A DNA stretch of 64,000 bases from Candidatus Shapirobacteria bacterium (GTDB taxonomy: Bacteria > Patescibacteriota > Microgenomatia > UBA12405). A model generated the notes under the pieces. The model did not search any database, was not told the origin of the DNA, and saw nothing but the letters and a program-made list of their open reading frames with translations. Numbering within the stretch: the first letter of the stretch is position 1; the number at the start of each line of letters is the position of its first letter. The stretch covers positions 15,917 to 79,916 of the forward strand of contig JBBAAS010000001.1 in NCBI GenBank assembly GCA_041658125.1. Reading direction: 5' to 3'. Shown here in pieces: positions 47,513-56,879 of the stretch. The translations under genes and the position numbers were made by a program.

Positions 47513-48638
47513 TTTTATCACTGAAGTGTTCGATAGCAAAGGCTTTAGTTGTTTTGGACATGGTTTTTATTTGATTTGGATGATTGATAAGCCATTTGAT
47601 CGTTTTTTGAAGATTTTTGACCGTAGGATTAAGTGAGATGCCGATCTTGTCATTATACATTTCGGTGACAGAACCTTTGTTGCCAGTAATTACCGGTCGA
47701 CCGCAACTTAAACCTTCGATAATTTGGTTGGGGAAGGCTTCTTCGACCAGATTGGGAAGAATGACAAAATCGGAGGCGGCGAGGTAATTAATGATTTGAG
47801 GATGGTTTAGCCGACCAAGAATTTTAAAATTAGAAACAGAAAGCGATTGGGTGATTAATGTTTTGGCGTCGGGTCCGTCTCCAGCCAGAAGAAAGAGAAC
47901 GTTTTGGGGGAGTTTTTGGGCTACCTTTAACAGATTAAAAATGCCTTTGGTTTTAACAAAGCGACCAAAATAAAAAAAAACCAGTGATTTTTGAGGAATA
48001 TTTAAAAGACGACGAGCAGTGGTTTTATTTTTGGGAACGAACTCTTTTTGATTAATCCAATAACGAAAAACTTTGATTTTTGAAGCCGGTAAGCCGATTG
48101 AGATAAGTTCTTTTTTGGATTGATGACTGACTGCCAGGATGGTGTCAAAACCGGAAAATGTCCATTTAAAAATTTTGGTGTAAATTGAATTTGGATTAAG
48201 CCGATGATAGATAAAGTGAGTACTGACCACGGAAGTTTTTTGGGGGAGAAAAAGTTTAATAATTCGGGTAATAAAGGCGGCGGCAAAGCCATGAGCGTGA
48301 ATGACATCAAACTTATTTTGTTGTTTTAAGCAGTAGGAGAGACTGTTGAAAAAAAGTCCGGGGACTATGTATAAAAATTGAAATAATGGATAGGGAGTGG
48401 TTTTATCAAAAAGCCCAAGACCATACCACCAGTAGCGGTGGATGGTGAGATTGGGATGGTTTTCGTGTTTAAGATAATTAACGACAATTGATAGAGGTTT
48501 GTAGGTTAAAACAGTGGTCGGAAAATTATGAGATGACAAAAAATCGGTAAGTTTATTAAGGTGGGTTTCAACTCCGCCGATATTAGGAAAAAAGAAAGGG
48601 GTGATAATAAGGATGCGGGGCTTATTTGGTTTTAACAC
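47475..48638 (-). CDS. GT4 glycosyltransferase
   Basis: PNIGGVETH, IHAH, GRFVKTKG, EEAFPNQIIEGL. Confidence 0.9.
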   Translation of the reverse strand: MLKPNKPRILIITPFFFPNIGGVETHLNKLTDFLSSHNFPTTVLTYKPLSIVVNYLKHENHPNLTIHRYWWYGLGLFDKTTPYPLFQFLYIVPGLFFNSLSYCLKQQNKFDVIHAHGFAAAFITRIIKLFLPQKTSVVSTHFIYHRLNPNSIYTKIFKWTFSGFDTILAVSHQSKKELISIGLPASKIKVFRYWINQKEFVPKNKTTARRLLNIPQKSLVFFYFGRFVKTKGIFNLLKVAQKLPQNVLFLLAGDGPDAKTLITQSLSVSNFKILGRLNHPQIINYLAASDFVILPNLVEEAFPNQIIEGLSCGRPVITGNKGSVTEMYNDKIGISLNPTVKNLQKTIKWLINHPNQIKTMSKTTKAFAIEHFSDKNAKVIINSYNRD

Positions 48639-49254
48639 GAAAACTTTTTAAGATATAAATAAATTGAAAAGCTAAAAGATTTTGAAAAATGGGAAATCGG
48701 TGTCCAAGACCAGTAGGAATAGTTTTAATAACGGAGAAGCCGGTCGATTGAAAAAGTTTAATGCCTGTTTTTAGGGTAAAAAAACGTAAATGATCCGGAC
48801 TAAGAATACCAAATTGATAATCAAAAGAACCAAAAAGAAGCTTTAGCCGAATTTCTAAACGGGCGATATTGGGCAAGGAAACTATTACCATGCCGTTTGG
48901 TTTAAGATATTTGTGAATATCAAGTAAGACCTTGTCGGGGGCTGGTAGGTGTTCAAGAATGTCGGATAAAACAATATAATCATATCGATGATGGGGAATA
49001 TTAAGATGAGGATGATAAAGATCCCGAATATATGTATGACGGTAGTGTTTTTGGGCAATTTTTATTAATTTTGGATTGATATCAATACCATCGACGATAA
49101 CTTTTTTTCTTAGGAGTTGTTTGCCTAAAAGTCCAGTATTGCAACCAACATCGAGAACTTCTGAATTATTAGAAATTAAGTTGTAGATAAGACTATGGGG
49201 GCTATGAGGCGATGTATTGAAAGGAATAGGGCCGTCTTTTTGAAAAATTTTCAT
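48622..49254 (-). CDS. Class I SAM-dependent methyltransferase
   Basis: Start at ATG 49254. VLDVGCNTG, DILEHL, LKPNG, SLPNIA, HLRFFT. Confidence 0.9.
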   Translation of the reverse strand: MKIFQKDGPIPFNTSPHSPHSLIYNLISNNSEVLDVGCNTGLLGKQLLRKKVIVDGIDINPKLIKIAQKHYRHTYIRDLYHPHLNIPHHRYDYIVLSDILEHLPAPDKVLLDIHKYLKPNGMVIVSLPNIARLEIRLKLLFGSFDYQFGILSPDHLRFFTLKTGIKLFQSTGFSVIKTIPTGLGHRFPIFQNLLAFQFIYILKSFRVKTK

Positions 49255-49255
49255 A

Positions 49256-50266
49256 TTATTGTTGCCAGTGCGATCGGTCAATGATGTTTTTTTGGCCGAT
49301 AACATTTTTTAATGTAGCGGAAAAATAGACAAAAAAACTAATTAAACAGGCAAGCGGATGAAAAAACCAGGCAAAATCGGGTTTTTTTAGATAACCACGG
49401 AATGAGTCAAAAATGGGAGGAATAAGAGTGATGGTGTAAAGACTAAATTTAACGGTGGCAGAGCGATTGTTTTTTTGCCAATTGAATTGTCTAATGTTTT
49501 GAAATTGATAAAAGTCGACTATACGGCGTTTTTGTTTACGAATAAACTTTTTGATCGATGATTCGCAAAAGGTATGAATAATACCGACTTTAACTTTGGC
49601 AAAATAGAGAGGTTGATGAGTTTGATGAATGACAGAAGTAATAATATCGATATCAAAAAAATAATCACCCTTAAAATAATTTTTAAGAAAATCGTGGCGA
49701 AAAATGGCACCATTAGCACCAATTGTAGGAAGCAGTTCGTTTGGATTAAGTTTGATTTTAAGATAATTAGGAAAGTCTTGAGTTTCAATTTTTAAACCGG
49801 TCCACTTGCCGGACAGATAACTATATCGATCGTAAATACCGGAGATGTAAGCGTAAGGATCATTGGCACCGATCAGAGCAGAATATCTTTCAGTAAAGCC
49901 AGCATCGCGACGATAAGTAAAACTGATCGGTTCACTACCAATAATTTGAGGGTCTTTTTGAAGAGGCAAAAGCATTTTTTTAAGCCAATTTTTTGAAGGT
50001 AAAAGATTATCAGAGTCAAGGAAAACGAGATATTTGCCTTTGGCATGGCGAATGCCAACGGCCTTGCCGGCTTCTCCGGTTTTTAGCGGGTTTTTAAAAA
50101 TTTTGGCCTTGAAGTTTTTAGCGACAATTAGAGTGTTGTCGGTAGAACCACCGTCGGCAATAATAATTTCGTAATCTTTAATGGTTTGAAGAGAAATTGA
50201 TTGAAGACAATCTTTTAGGACTTTTCCGGCATTGAGGGTGGGAGTGATGAAACTAACTAAAATCAT
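49256..50266 (-). CDS. GT2 glycosyltransferase
   Basis: VSFITPTLN, ADGGSTDNT, FLDSDN. Confidence 0.9.
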   Translation of the reverse strand: MILVSFITPTLNAGKVLKDCLQSISLQTIKDYEIIIADGGSTDNTLIVAKNFKAKIFKNPLKTGEAGKAVGIRHAKGKYLVFLDSDNLLPSKNWLKKMLLPLQKDPQIIGSEPISFTYRRDAGFTERYSALIGANDPYAYISGIYDRYSYLSGKWTGLKIETQDFPNYLKIKLNPNELLPTIGANGAIFRHDFLKNYFKGDYFFDIDIITSVIHQTHQPLYFAKVKVGIIHTFCESSIKKFIRKQKRRIVDFYQFQNIRQFNWQKNNRSATVKFSLYTITLIPPIFDSFRGYLKKPDFAWFFHPLACLISFFVYFSATLKNVIGQKNIIDRSHWQQ

Positions 50267-51722
50267 TTAATTTTTTAAAAAATTTAATAGTGTACCGGAA
50301 AAGATGCTGAACGTCCTCAAAAGATCGGATGTGAATTATTTGGTTAAAAAGAAACTTGGGAGTAATGATGCCGTTAAAAAGTTGCTGAATGAGTTTTTTT
50401 TGATTGGTGGAAGAAAGCCGGGATTTTATAACCGGTTGGCTCATGTCATATTTGTCCCAGTCAGTTGTTTTTAACAGTTTGTTCCGGCGACAATAGTTAA
50501 AAAGCGGAGTGCCCGGGTAAGGAATAACGATGGTGGCTTGAATACTGTCAGCAAGACCACGGCGGAAAAAGTTTTTAACAACTTCAAAAGTTTGATAGGT
50601 ATCATTTTGAGTTTCCCAGGGATAGCCAATCATGGCGGTTAAGTGGGGGAAAAGGTTAGCTTTTTTAGCCATAGTTAGGTCCTGAAGAGCGTTGCCAACC
50701 CGATTATTTTTATTGATTTTGTCGAGAGTTTTTTGGTTGGCGGATTCAAAACCATATAGAAGCATTCGAAAGCCGGCTTGAGCCATTAGCTGGTATTGTG
50801 ATTGATTAAGAACGCCGAAACGCATATTGCAACTGATGGTAACTTTTTGGTGGAGTTTTTTTTGAATAATCAGGTGGCAAAAGTTTTCAAGCCACTCCCC
50901 TACCGGAAAAGTGCCGGAGTCATCAAAAATTTCTTTGACCTTAAAGTTGTTGACTAAATTTTCGATTTCGGCAACGGCGCGGTTAGGAGAGAAGCAACGG
51001 TATTGTTTGCCCGGATAAAGGGTGGTCCAGGAGCAAAAAGTACATTGACCCCACCAACAGTCGCGGGAGAACATGGTATAAGCTCCGGGAGTATATTTAA
51101 AATTGCTGTTACGGACAGAATATAAATGCCATTTGGTTAACTGGCGATCGATTAGGGGAAGTGGGTCCAGAGAATGATGTTTTAAGGAAAAACGACCAGA
51201 ATTGGTAATGATATTGTTTTTTTTGAAATAAAAACCTGGTTCTAGTTTTTTGCCATGGGTTAGATGGCGGCAGAGGTTCAGAAGCATAAAGTCGTAGTCG
51301 CCGCCGGTTATAACGAAATCCACAGGACATTTTTTTAATGACTCTGTGGGGAGAGCGGTAACATGATCACCCATAAGAACGATCACAGCTTGGGGTAAAA
51401 GTTTTTTAATTTCGGTAATAAGATGCCAATGTTTTTTGATGACCGGGGTTTTGGTTTCAATGGCAATGAGTGATGGGTTGTTTTCTAACAAGCGTGATAA
51501 CCATGCCGAATAATTTAATTTTTCGGCGATAGCGTCATCCCAAAAAACGGTGTAACCATTTTGAGATAACAAAGTAGCGGCAGAAGCAGGAATAACAGGG
51601 TAAATAATGTTGTCGGTATGAGTCCATTGAAACTGACGATTTTGAGATAGAAACGGAGACCCTTTAGCCGAGGATAAGGGTGGATAGGAAATAGAGACAC
51701 TGAAGTTTTTAGCCGCCGACAT
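50253..51722 (-). CDS. Cobalamin-binding radical SAM enzyme (HpnJ-like architecture, Cx4Cx2C)
   Basis: YPVIPASAATLL, GDHVTALP, SRDCWWGQCTFC, DDSGTF, GFESAN, PYPGTPLF. Confidence 0.88.
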   Translation of the reverse strand: MSAAKNFSVSISYPPLSSAKGSPFLSQNRQFQWTHTDNIIYPVIPASAATLLSQNGYTVFWDDAIAEKLNYSAWLSRLLENNPSLIAIETKTPVIKKHWHLITEIKKLLPQAVIVLMGDHVTALPTESLKKCPVDFVITGGDYDFMLLNLCRHLTHGKKLEPGFYFKKNNIITNSGRFSLKHHSLDPLPLIDRQLTKWHLYSVRNSNFKYTPGAYTMFSRDCWWGQCTFCSWTTLYPGKQYRCFSPNRAVAEIENLVNNFKVKEIFDDSGTFPVGEWLENFCHLIIQKKLHQKVTISCNMRFGVLNQSQYQLMAQAGFRMLLYGFESANQKTLDKINKNNRVGNALQDLTMAKKANLFPHLTAMIGYPWETQNDTYQTFEVVKNFFRRGLADSIQATIVIPYPGTPLFNYCRRNKLLKTTDWDKYDMSQPVIKSRLSSTNQKKLIQQLFNGIITPKFLFNQIIHIRSFEDVQHLFRYTIKFFKKLNDFS

Positions 51723-52695
51723 AGTTACCTGTCATTTTATCAGTTTGGTGGGGTTTAAAGATGAGGTTGGGTTTAAAGAAGCCAATTGGAAACAAAAGAC
51801 CATAATAAAGATGAGTTAAAGGGATTGTAATAATTGCCAAAAAAGAGGGAAATAATTGATTTTGTGTTATTAAAAATTTTATAAAAGTTAATATAAGTAA
51901 AATTAAATACAGAAATATGGGTAATAAAATGAGTAAGTTGTGATAACCAAGAAGCGTGGCAAAAGTTAAAAAAACAGAATAAAAGAAAAACACACTGGGA
52001 ATAAGATAACCAAAACGAAAGCTGGTTTGAGGGAAAATTTTGGCGAATTGACCACGGTGAAGGGCATAGCGACTGATTTGTTGGAGGTGAGGTAAAATAA
52101 CTGCCCGGCGATGGTGGTAAACGACAACAGAAGGGTGGTAAAGTATTTTTTTCTTTAACTTTTGGGTAAGATCAAGACAAAGGATGGTGTCTTCTCCGGG
52201 CCAATAATTAGTTTTGAAGCCTTTTATCTTAAAAAAATCATTTTTTTTGACAATGAGATTGACGGACGGATAGTCGTCAACGAAACGAGCTGCCCCGATA
52301 CTGTTGCGGTAAGCTCCGGCTCCCCCACTACCTAGCCAAGAAGACCAGACCAGACCGGAAGCTTTTTGATATGGAGTATCGGTTGGGGGGATTAAGCAAG
52401 GACCGCAAACGGCGGCAATATTGGAATCTAATAGAAGTAATTCGGCGTTTTTTAACCAATTTGCATCGGGATAAGAGTCATCGTCTAAAAATGCAAGATA
52501 TTTTCCTTTGGCTAGCTTGACTCCGAGATTTCTTTTGACAGCCGGATTGGGAGTTTTGGAGATTTTATCGGTGATTACCAGGACCTCAAACTTATTTTCG
52601 GTTTGACTTTCAAGATGTCGGAGAGTTTCCGTTAAATAGACAGTCGGCTGACGAACAGGAATAATGATGGAAAAAAGAATTTTTTTAGCCGACAT
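51709..52695 (-). CDS. GT2 glycosyltransferase with C-terminal TM helices
   Basis: FSIIIP, KRN.G, FLDDD, PGEDT, hydrophobic C-terminus. Confidence 0.9.
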   Translation of the reverse strand: MSAKKILFSIIIPVRQPTVYLTETLRHLESQTENKFEVLVITDKISKTPNPAVKRNLGVKLAKGKYLAFLDDDSYPDANWLKNAELLLLDSNIAAVCGPCLIPPTDTPYQKASGLVWSSWLGSGGAGAYRNSIGAARFVDDYPSVNLIVKKNDFFKIKGFKTNYWPGEDTILCLDLTQKLKKKILYHPSVVVYHHRRAVILPHLQQISRYALHRGQFAKIFPQTSFRFGYLIPSVFFFYSVFLTFATLLGYHNLLILLPIFLYLILLILTFIKFLITQNQLFPSFLAIITIPLTHLYYGLLFPIGFFKPNLIFKPHQTDKMTGNYVGG

Positions 52696-53488
52696 TGACC
52701 CTCATATCCAGATCTTTATCGTAGACCCATTTACGTTTGTTTTTGTCGTCGTAATATTTTTTAATACGAAGACGATAGAAGACGGATAGAGCATCAACTA
52801 ATGCCCTATAAATGACTTTGAAACCGACAGCATGAGTAAAACCGGTGTGGTCGTAGTTGAGTTTTATGGGGGCCTCGTAAATTCTTTTAAAACCAAGATA
52901 GTTAGAGACTGATAAGATTTCAAGGTCAAAAGCATAATTTTTGACCAAAAGACGGGGAAGAACTTTTATCAGAACCTGGCGCTTAAATATTTTTAAGCCG
53001 GCTTGAGTGTCACGGACATTGATTCCAAGAAGATATTTGGCGACAATTTGAGCACAAAAACTGATAATTTGACGGTGAAAAGGATAATTAACGATAGAGG
53101 CCGGATGACGTTTACTGGCGACAATAATATCGGCGTTGTACCACTCCATGTGCTCCAAAACCATAGAAATGGCATTGGGGTCTATTTCCATGCCGGAGTC
53201 AATAAAAGCAACGTAGTCGCCTTTGGTGTGGGCCATGCCATAACGAACGGCGTAACCCTTCCCGTGGTTGAGATGATAGCCAATAATTTTTGTTTTAGGA
53301 ATTTTGGCTTTCTTTAAAAATTGGTATGATTTGTCGACACTGATGCCATCGATAACGCAAATTATTTCGTAACCGTAACGGATTTGTTGAAGAGTATTTT
53401 GAATGTTTTTAATATCGGCAACGATTGTTTGTTCCTGTTTATAAACAGGAACAATGACGGAAAGAAAATGGGGTTCAGAGCTAGACAT
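52685..53488 (-). CDS. GT2, dolichyl/polyprenyl-phosphate glycosyltransferase-like
   Basis: LSVIVPVY, NHGKGYAV, FIDSG, ASKRH, DTQAGLK, FDLEIL. Confidence 0.9.
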   Translation of the reverse strand: MSSSEPHFLSVIVPVYKQEQTIVADIKNIQNTLQQIRYGYEIICVIDGISVDKSYQFLKKAKIPKTKIIGYHLNHGKGYAVRYGMAHTKGDYVAFIDSGMEIDPNAISMVLEHMEWYNADIIVASKRHPASIVNYPFHRQIISFCAQIVAKYLLGINVRDTQAGLKIFKRQVLIKVLPRLLVKNYAFDLEILSVSNYLGFKRIYEAPIKLNYDHTGFTHAVGFKVIYRALVDALSVFYRLRIKKYYDDKNKRKWVYDKDLDMRVNVG

Positions 53489-54566
53489 TGAAAAGAGCTA
53501 ATTTGTAAACAGCAAGAGTTTGAAGTGCAGTTTTTTGCCAATCAAAAAATTTGGCTCTTTTTAGTCCTAAAGAACGATATTTTTCCAAAAGATTTTTGTC
53601 AGACCAAAGCTTTTTTAAAGATAATTTAAGATCAGCAATAGAATGTGGGTCAAACATCACACCGTTTTGGTCCATAATTTCGTCAAGACAACTTTCTTGG
53701 CCGTAAACTACCGGACAGCCGGTTTTCATAGCTTCGACCAGAGGTAGACCAAAACCTTCGGCAAAGGACGGTTGACAATAAATAGTGGCTAAGTTATAAA
53801 TGCCGACAAGTTCTTGAGTAGAAACAAAACCGGTGAGAATAATAGAATCTGGACGTAAAGAGGCTTGTTTTTGTAACCAAATTAAATCGTGATTCCACGG
53901 GTGAGAAATAATCTCTTTTTGATTAGCGGCAGAACCAGCTATAGCCAATGGAAATTTTAAGTCAAGGCAGGCGCTTACTAGAGTGGGTAAATTTTTATTC
54001 CAGTTAACATCACCCACATATAAGATAAATTTGTCGGGAAGATGGTAACGATTTTTGAGACTAAGTAGATCTTTTTGATTATTAAGTGGTTTGAAATCGG
54101 CGTTGGATGATAAATAGGTTACATAAATTTTGTCCGTTGGATAACCAGTAAGATTGTTGATAATAAATTTTGAACAATGACTATCGGTAATAAGATATTT
54201 GGCTTTATTCAGCCGGTATTTTTGAATCAGCCACTTGATTTCACCTTTTATGCCAACCGGATAGTGGGATTTAAATTGTCGGGGAATGAGATCGTGGACG
54301 GTGACTATAAAAGGAGTTTTTGAACGATAAGGTAAGGTTAAAAAAAATGGATCGAAATAGGGGTAGTGGATTAATTGATAATTGTTTGGATTAAAATGAT
54401 TGGTGATTAGGTCAATTTGCCAATTTAAATATTCGGGATTAGTTTTGGTCTCGTGTTGAAGAGCGTCGACCAAGTGCCTGGTGTAGTAACCGACACCACG
54501 AGTGGAATTTTGATCAGACAGGGGCGAAACATCAATGGCGATTTTAACTTTTTTGAATAGAACCAT
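53481..54566 (-). CDS. GT4 glycosyltransferase (MtfB-like)
   Basis: RGVGYY, VTVHDLIP, NKN, EGFGLPLVEAM. Confidence 0.92.
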   Translation of the reverse strand: MVLFKKVKIAIDVSPLSDQNSTRGVGYYTRHLVDALQHETKTNPEYLNWQIDLITNHFNPNNYQLIHYPYFDPFFLTLPYRSKTPFIVTVHDLIPRQFKSHYPVGIKGEIKWLIQKYRLNKAKYLITDSHCSKFIINNLTGYPTDKIYVTYLSSNADFKPLNNQKDLLSLKNRYHLPDKFILYVGDVNWNKNLPTLVSACLDLKFPLAIAGSAANQKEIISHPWNHDLIWLQKQASLRPDSIILTGFVSTQELVGIYNLATIYCQPSFAEGFGLPLVEAMKTGCPVVYGQESCLDEIMDQNGVMFDPHSIADLKLSLKKLWSDKNLLEKYRSLGLKRAKFFDWQKTALQTLAVYKLALFNV

Positions 54567-55323
54567 AATATTTTATGTAGGCAGAACGATGACTAATGGC
54601 TGAATAATAGGCAAAAACAAATCCAGAAAAACCATCGACAAAACCGAGATGTCGAAGATATATACTAAAAAAAGTAGAGAATGGTAGCCATAAGAAGAAT
54701 TTAAAAAAACTAACAAAGTTAATTGGGGTGTGTTTTTCCTGCAGATCATCGGCCATAAGTGAGGTGTAGCGGTTGTTGCGAGTAAGGTAACGTTCAAAGT
54801 TTAAATCGGCATAATGGAGAAGATGGCCTGAAAGTTGGCCGATTTTGCCATCGACAACGGCTTGTTCGTGAACAGACTGACAGGGGAGATAAGCTTGGCC
54901 ATTTTTATAAAAACGGATGGTTGGGTCGGGATATTGGCCTCCTTTGGTTAAAAATCGATTGAGAAAAAAGTTTTTACGACGAATCCAAAAACCATTTTCT
55001 GAAACGGACTCCGGTTTTGTTTGAAGTATGGTTAAAATTTCTTTTTGAAGATCGTTGTCGACAACCTCATCGGCATCAAGCTGAAGAATCCAATCACTTT
55101 GGCAATTTTTAATGGCCAGCTCCTTGTTGTGATGAAACATCGGCTGATTGGGAGCAGAGATAATTTTAGTTTTTTTATATTTTTTGGCAAGATTAACTGT
55201 TTGGTCTTGGGATTGACCGTCAACGATGACAATTTCATCGACCCAGTCGACAACAGCATCGAGACTTTTTTTGATATTAGCTTCTTCGTTATAAGTGGCT
55301 ATGGCTATTGAGATAGTGGTCAT
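54544..55323 (-). CDS. GT2, beta-1,4-glucosyltransferase-like (LgtF/WaaE type)
   Basis: ATYNEE, DEIVIVDG.S.D.T, WILQLDADE, VHE, LLHY, GFVDG. Confidence 0.9.
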   Translation of the reverse strand: MTTISIAIATYNEEANIKKSLDAVVDWVDEIVIVDGQSQDQTVNLAKKYKKTKIISAPNQPMFHHNKELAIKNCQSDWILQLDADEVVDNDLQKEILTILQTKPESVSENGFWIRRKNFFLNRFLTKGGQYPDPTIRFYKNGQAYLPCQSVHEQAVVDGKIGQLSGHLLHYADLNFERYLTRNNRYTSLMADDLQEKHTPINFVSFFKFFLWLPFSTFFSIYLRHLGFVDGFSGFVFAYYSAISHRSAYIKYYGSIQKS

Positions 55324-56879
55324 TTTGTATATATTCTAAAGCTTTCAGCGGTAGAAGGGAAATCGGATGAATCAATAACTAACGAGTTTGGAGGAATTAC
55401 ATCAGGAATATGGAAAGTAATATTATCAATTTGGTTGACTGTTGAAAAACCAAATTTGTCGGGAGGAGTTAATTTAATTTGGGACTGAATAAGTTTTGGT
55501 GGATATTTGGAGAAGAATAAATATAAGATATATGGTTGGTCATACTTATCAGTCAGGAAAATGTTTTGATATTTGCTTTTGCTGGTATTAATAAAAGGTA
55601 TAATTTCTGAAAATCCCCTATTCCAGGCAAAAGAGTATCTTGAAGGAGAGTGAACAAAATAGGCATCCAGATAAAAAAGGAAACTAAAAATGTACAACGG
55701 AATTATAAGATAGATTAATTTAGGAATTAAGGTAATTGAGTAATAAAGGCCGAAGGCAATAAAGATAGATAAGGGAATAACTAAGGGAAGTGAGCGGAGA
55801 GCTGATGGCGCTTGGAAGGTTAAGGAGGAAGCGAGGGGGGCGATAAAAAGTAAAGAAAACAAGAGTGGTTTGAGATGAGGATACTTTGATTTTAAGACGA
55901 AAATAATTCCCAAAAGTAAAAATGGTAGTTCGAATAAATAAAATTGACCCATACCGGGTGTTTTGGACCGGGGAACGTCGTCACCTTTTAAAAACAAGAA
56001 ATTGTAGTCAAAATGAGAGAAATATTTTTGGGCCCATGAAATGGTATAAAGAACTCTTTTGTTGTGAATTAGCCGGTTTATTAGTAGGGTGTTGCCATGT
56101 TGATTTAAGAGCTCTTCGGCGCGGGCGATGGGTCCGTAATCGGCGGTTAAACCAATGCCACCAAAACGGGTAGCTCCACCATTATTAATAAAAGAAGTTA
56201 AGACAGGAATAGTTAGAGCGATAGTAAGGAAGAGCGCTAGAAGGGAAGATTTAAAAGAATTTAGAAATATTTTAAAATTAAAGATAATTAAAATTAAAAA
56301 TAATACCGGAATTATGATTCGGGCAGAATGGTAGATGTAGAGTGAGGCGACCAGAGGTAAAGGGAAGAGAAATAGAAAATAAAGTTTACGATTTATGATG
56401 AAAGAATAAAACCAATAAAGGCCGAGGACAATAAAAAATAAGGCAGAACAAGATTCCCAGGCTCCACGGGAGAAGTGAATGTGCCAAGGAGAGAGAGAAA
56501 GTGCGATAGCGCTATAGAGCGATAGTGCGATAGACGAAGAAAGTAATAGAACAAATTTATATAAAACCAAAATGGTTAAAATTGAAAAAATTAAATTTGG
56601 AAGACGGATAGCTAGCGGAGTTAGGCCAAAAGTAGCGATGAAAGGCAGAGATAAATAAACGTAGCCGCCGGGTTTGTAATCACCAAAAGATTTGAAGTGA
56701 AGCGGCCAACTAGCACCATGTTCGTCTTTGCCAGTTTGTAAAAGTGAATAGGCGTTATAGCCAAGGGCGGCTTCGTCGGGATTAAGAGATGGGAGAGAGT
56801 TGACGTGGTAAAAGCGAATCAGGGTAGCTAAAAGAAGGATGAAAAAAATTAATTTTGATTTAATTAGTTTGGTAACCAT
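55320..56879 (-). CDS. GT-C (GT39/ArnT-like) membrane glycosyltransferase
   Basis: Start at ATG 56879. DEAALGYNAYSLLQTGKDEHG, FKSFGDYKPG, SPWHIHFSR. Confidence 0.85.
   Translation of the reverse strand: MVTKLIKSKLIFFILLLATLIRFYHVNSLPSLNPDEAALGYNAYSLLQTGKDEHGASWPLHFKSFGDYKPGGYVYLSLPFIATFGLTPLAIRLPNLIFSILTILVLYKFVLLLSSSIALSLYSAIALSLSPWHIHFSRGAWESCSALFFIVLGLYWFYSFIINRKLYFLFLFPLPLVASLYIYHSARIIIPVLFLILIIFNFKIFLNSFKSSLLALFLTIALTIPVLTSFINNGGATRFGGIGLTADYGPIARAEELLNQHGNTLLINRLIHNKRVLYTISWAQKYFSHFDYNFLFLKGDDVPRSKTPGMGQFYLFELPFLLLGIIFVLKSKYPHLKPLLFSLLFIAPLASSLTFQAPSALRSLPLVIPLSIFIAFGLYYSITLIPKLIYLIIPLYIFSFLFYLDAYFVHSPSRYSFAWNRGFSEIIPFINTSKSKYQNIFLTDKYDQPYILYLFFSKYPPKLIQSQIKLTPPDKFGFSTVNQIDNITFHIPDVIPPNSLVIDSSDFPSTAESFRIYTK
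56503..56534. repeat. 8-bp tandem repeat x4 within a GT-C gene
   Basis: GCGATAGC GCTATAGA GCGATAGT GCGATAGA, encoding SIALSLYSAIAL. Confidence 0.65.

Noticed and set aside
47972-47980. A9 homopolymer and other A/T runs of 8 as phase-variation tracts
   Set aside because: Expected in AT-rich Phe/Lys codons. The frames are intact and no long G/C tracts were seen.
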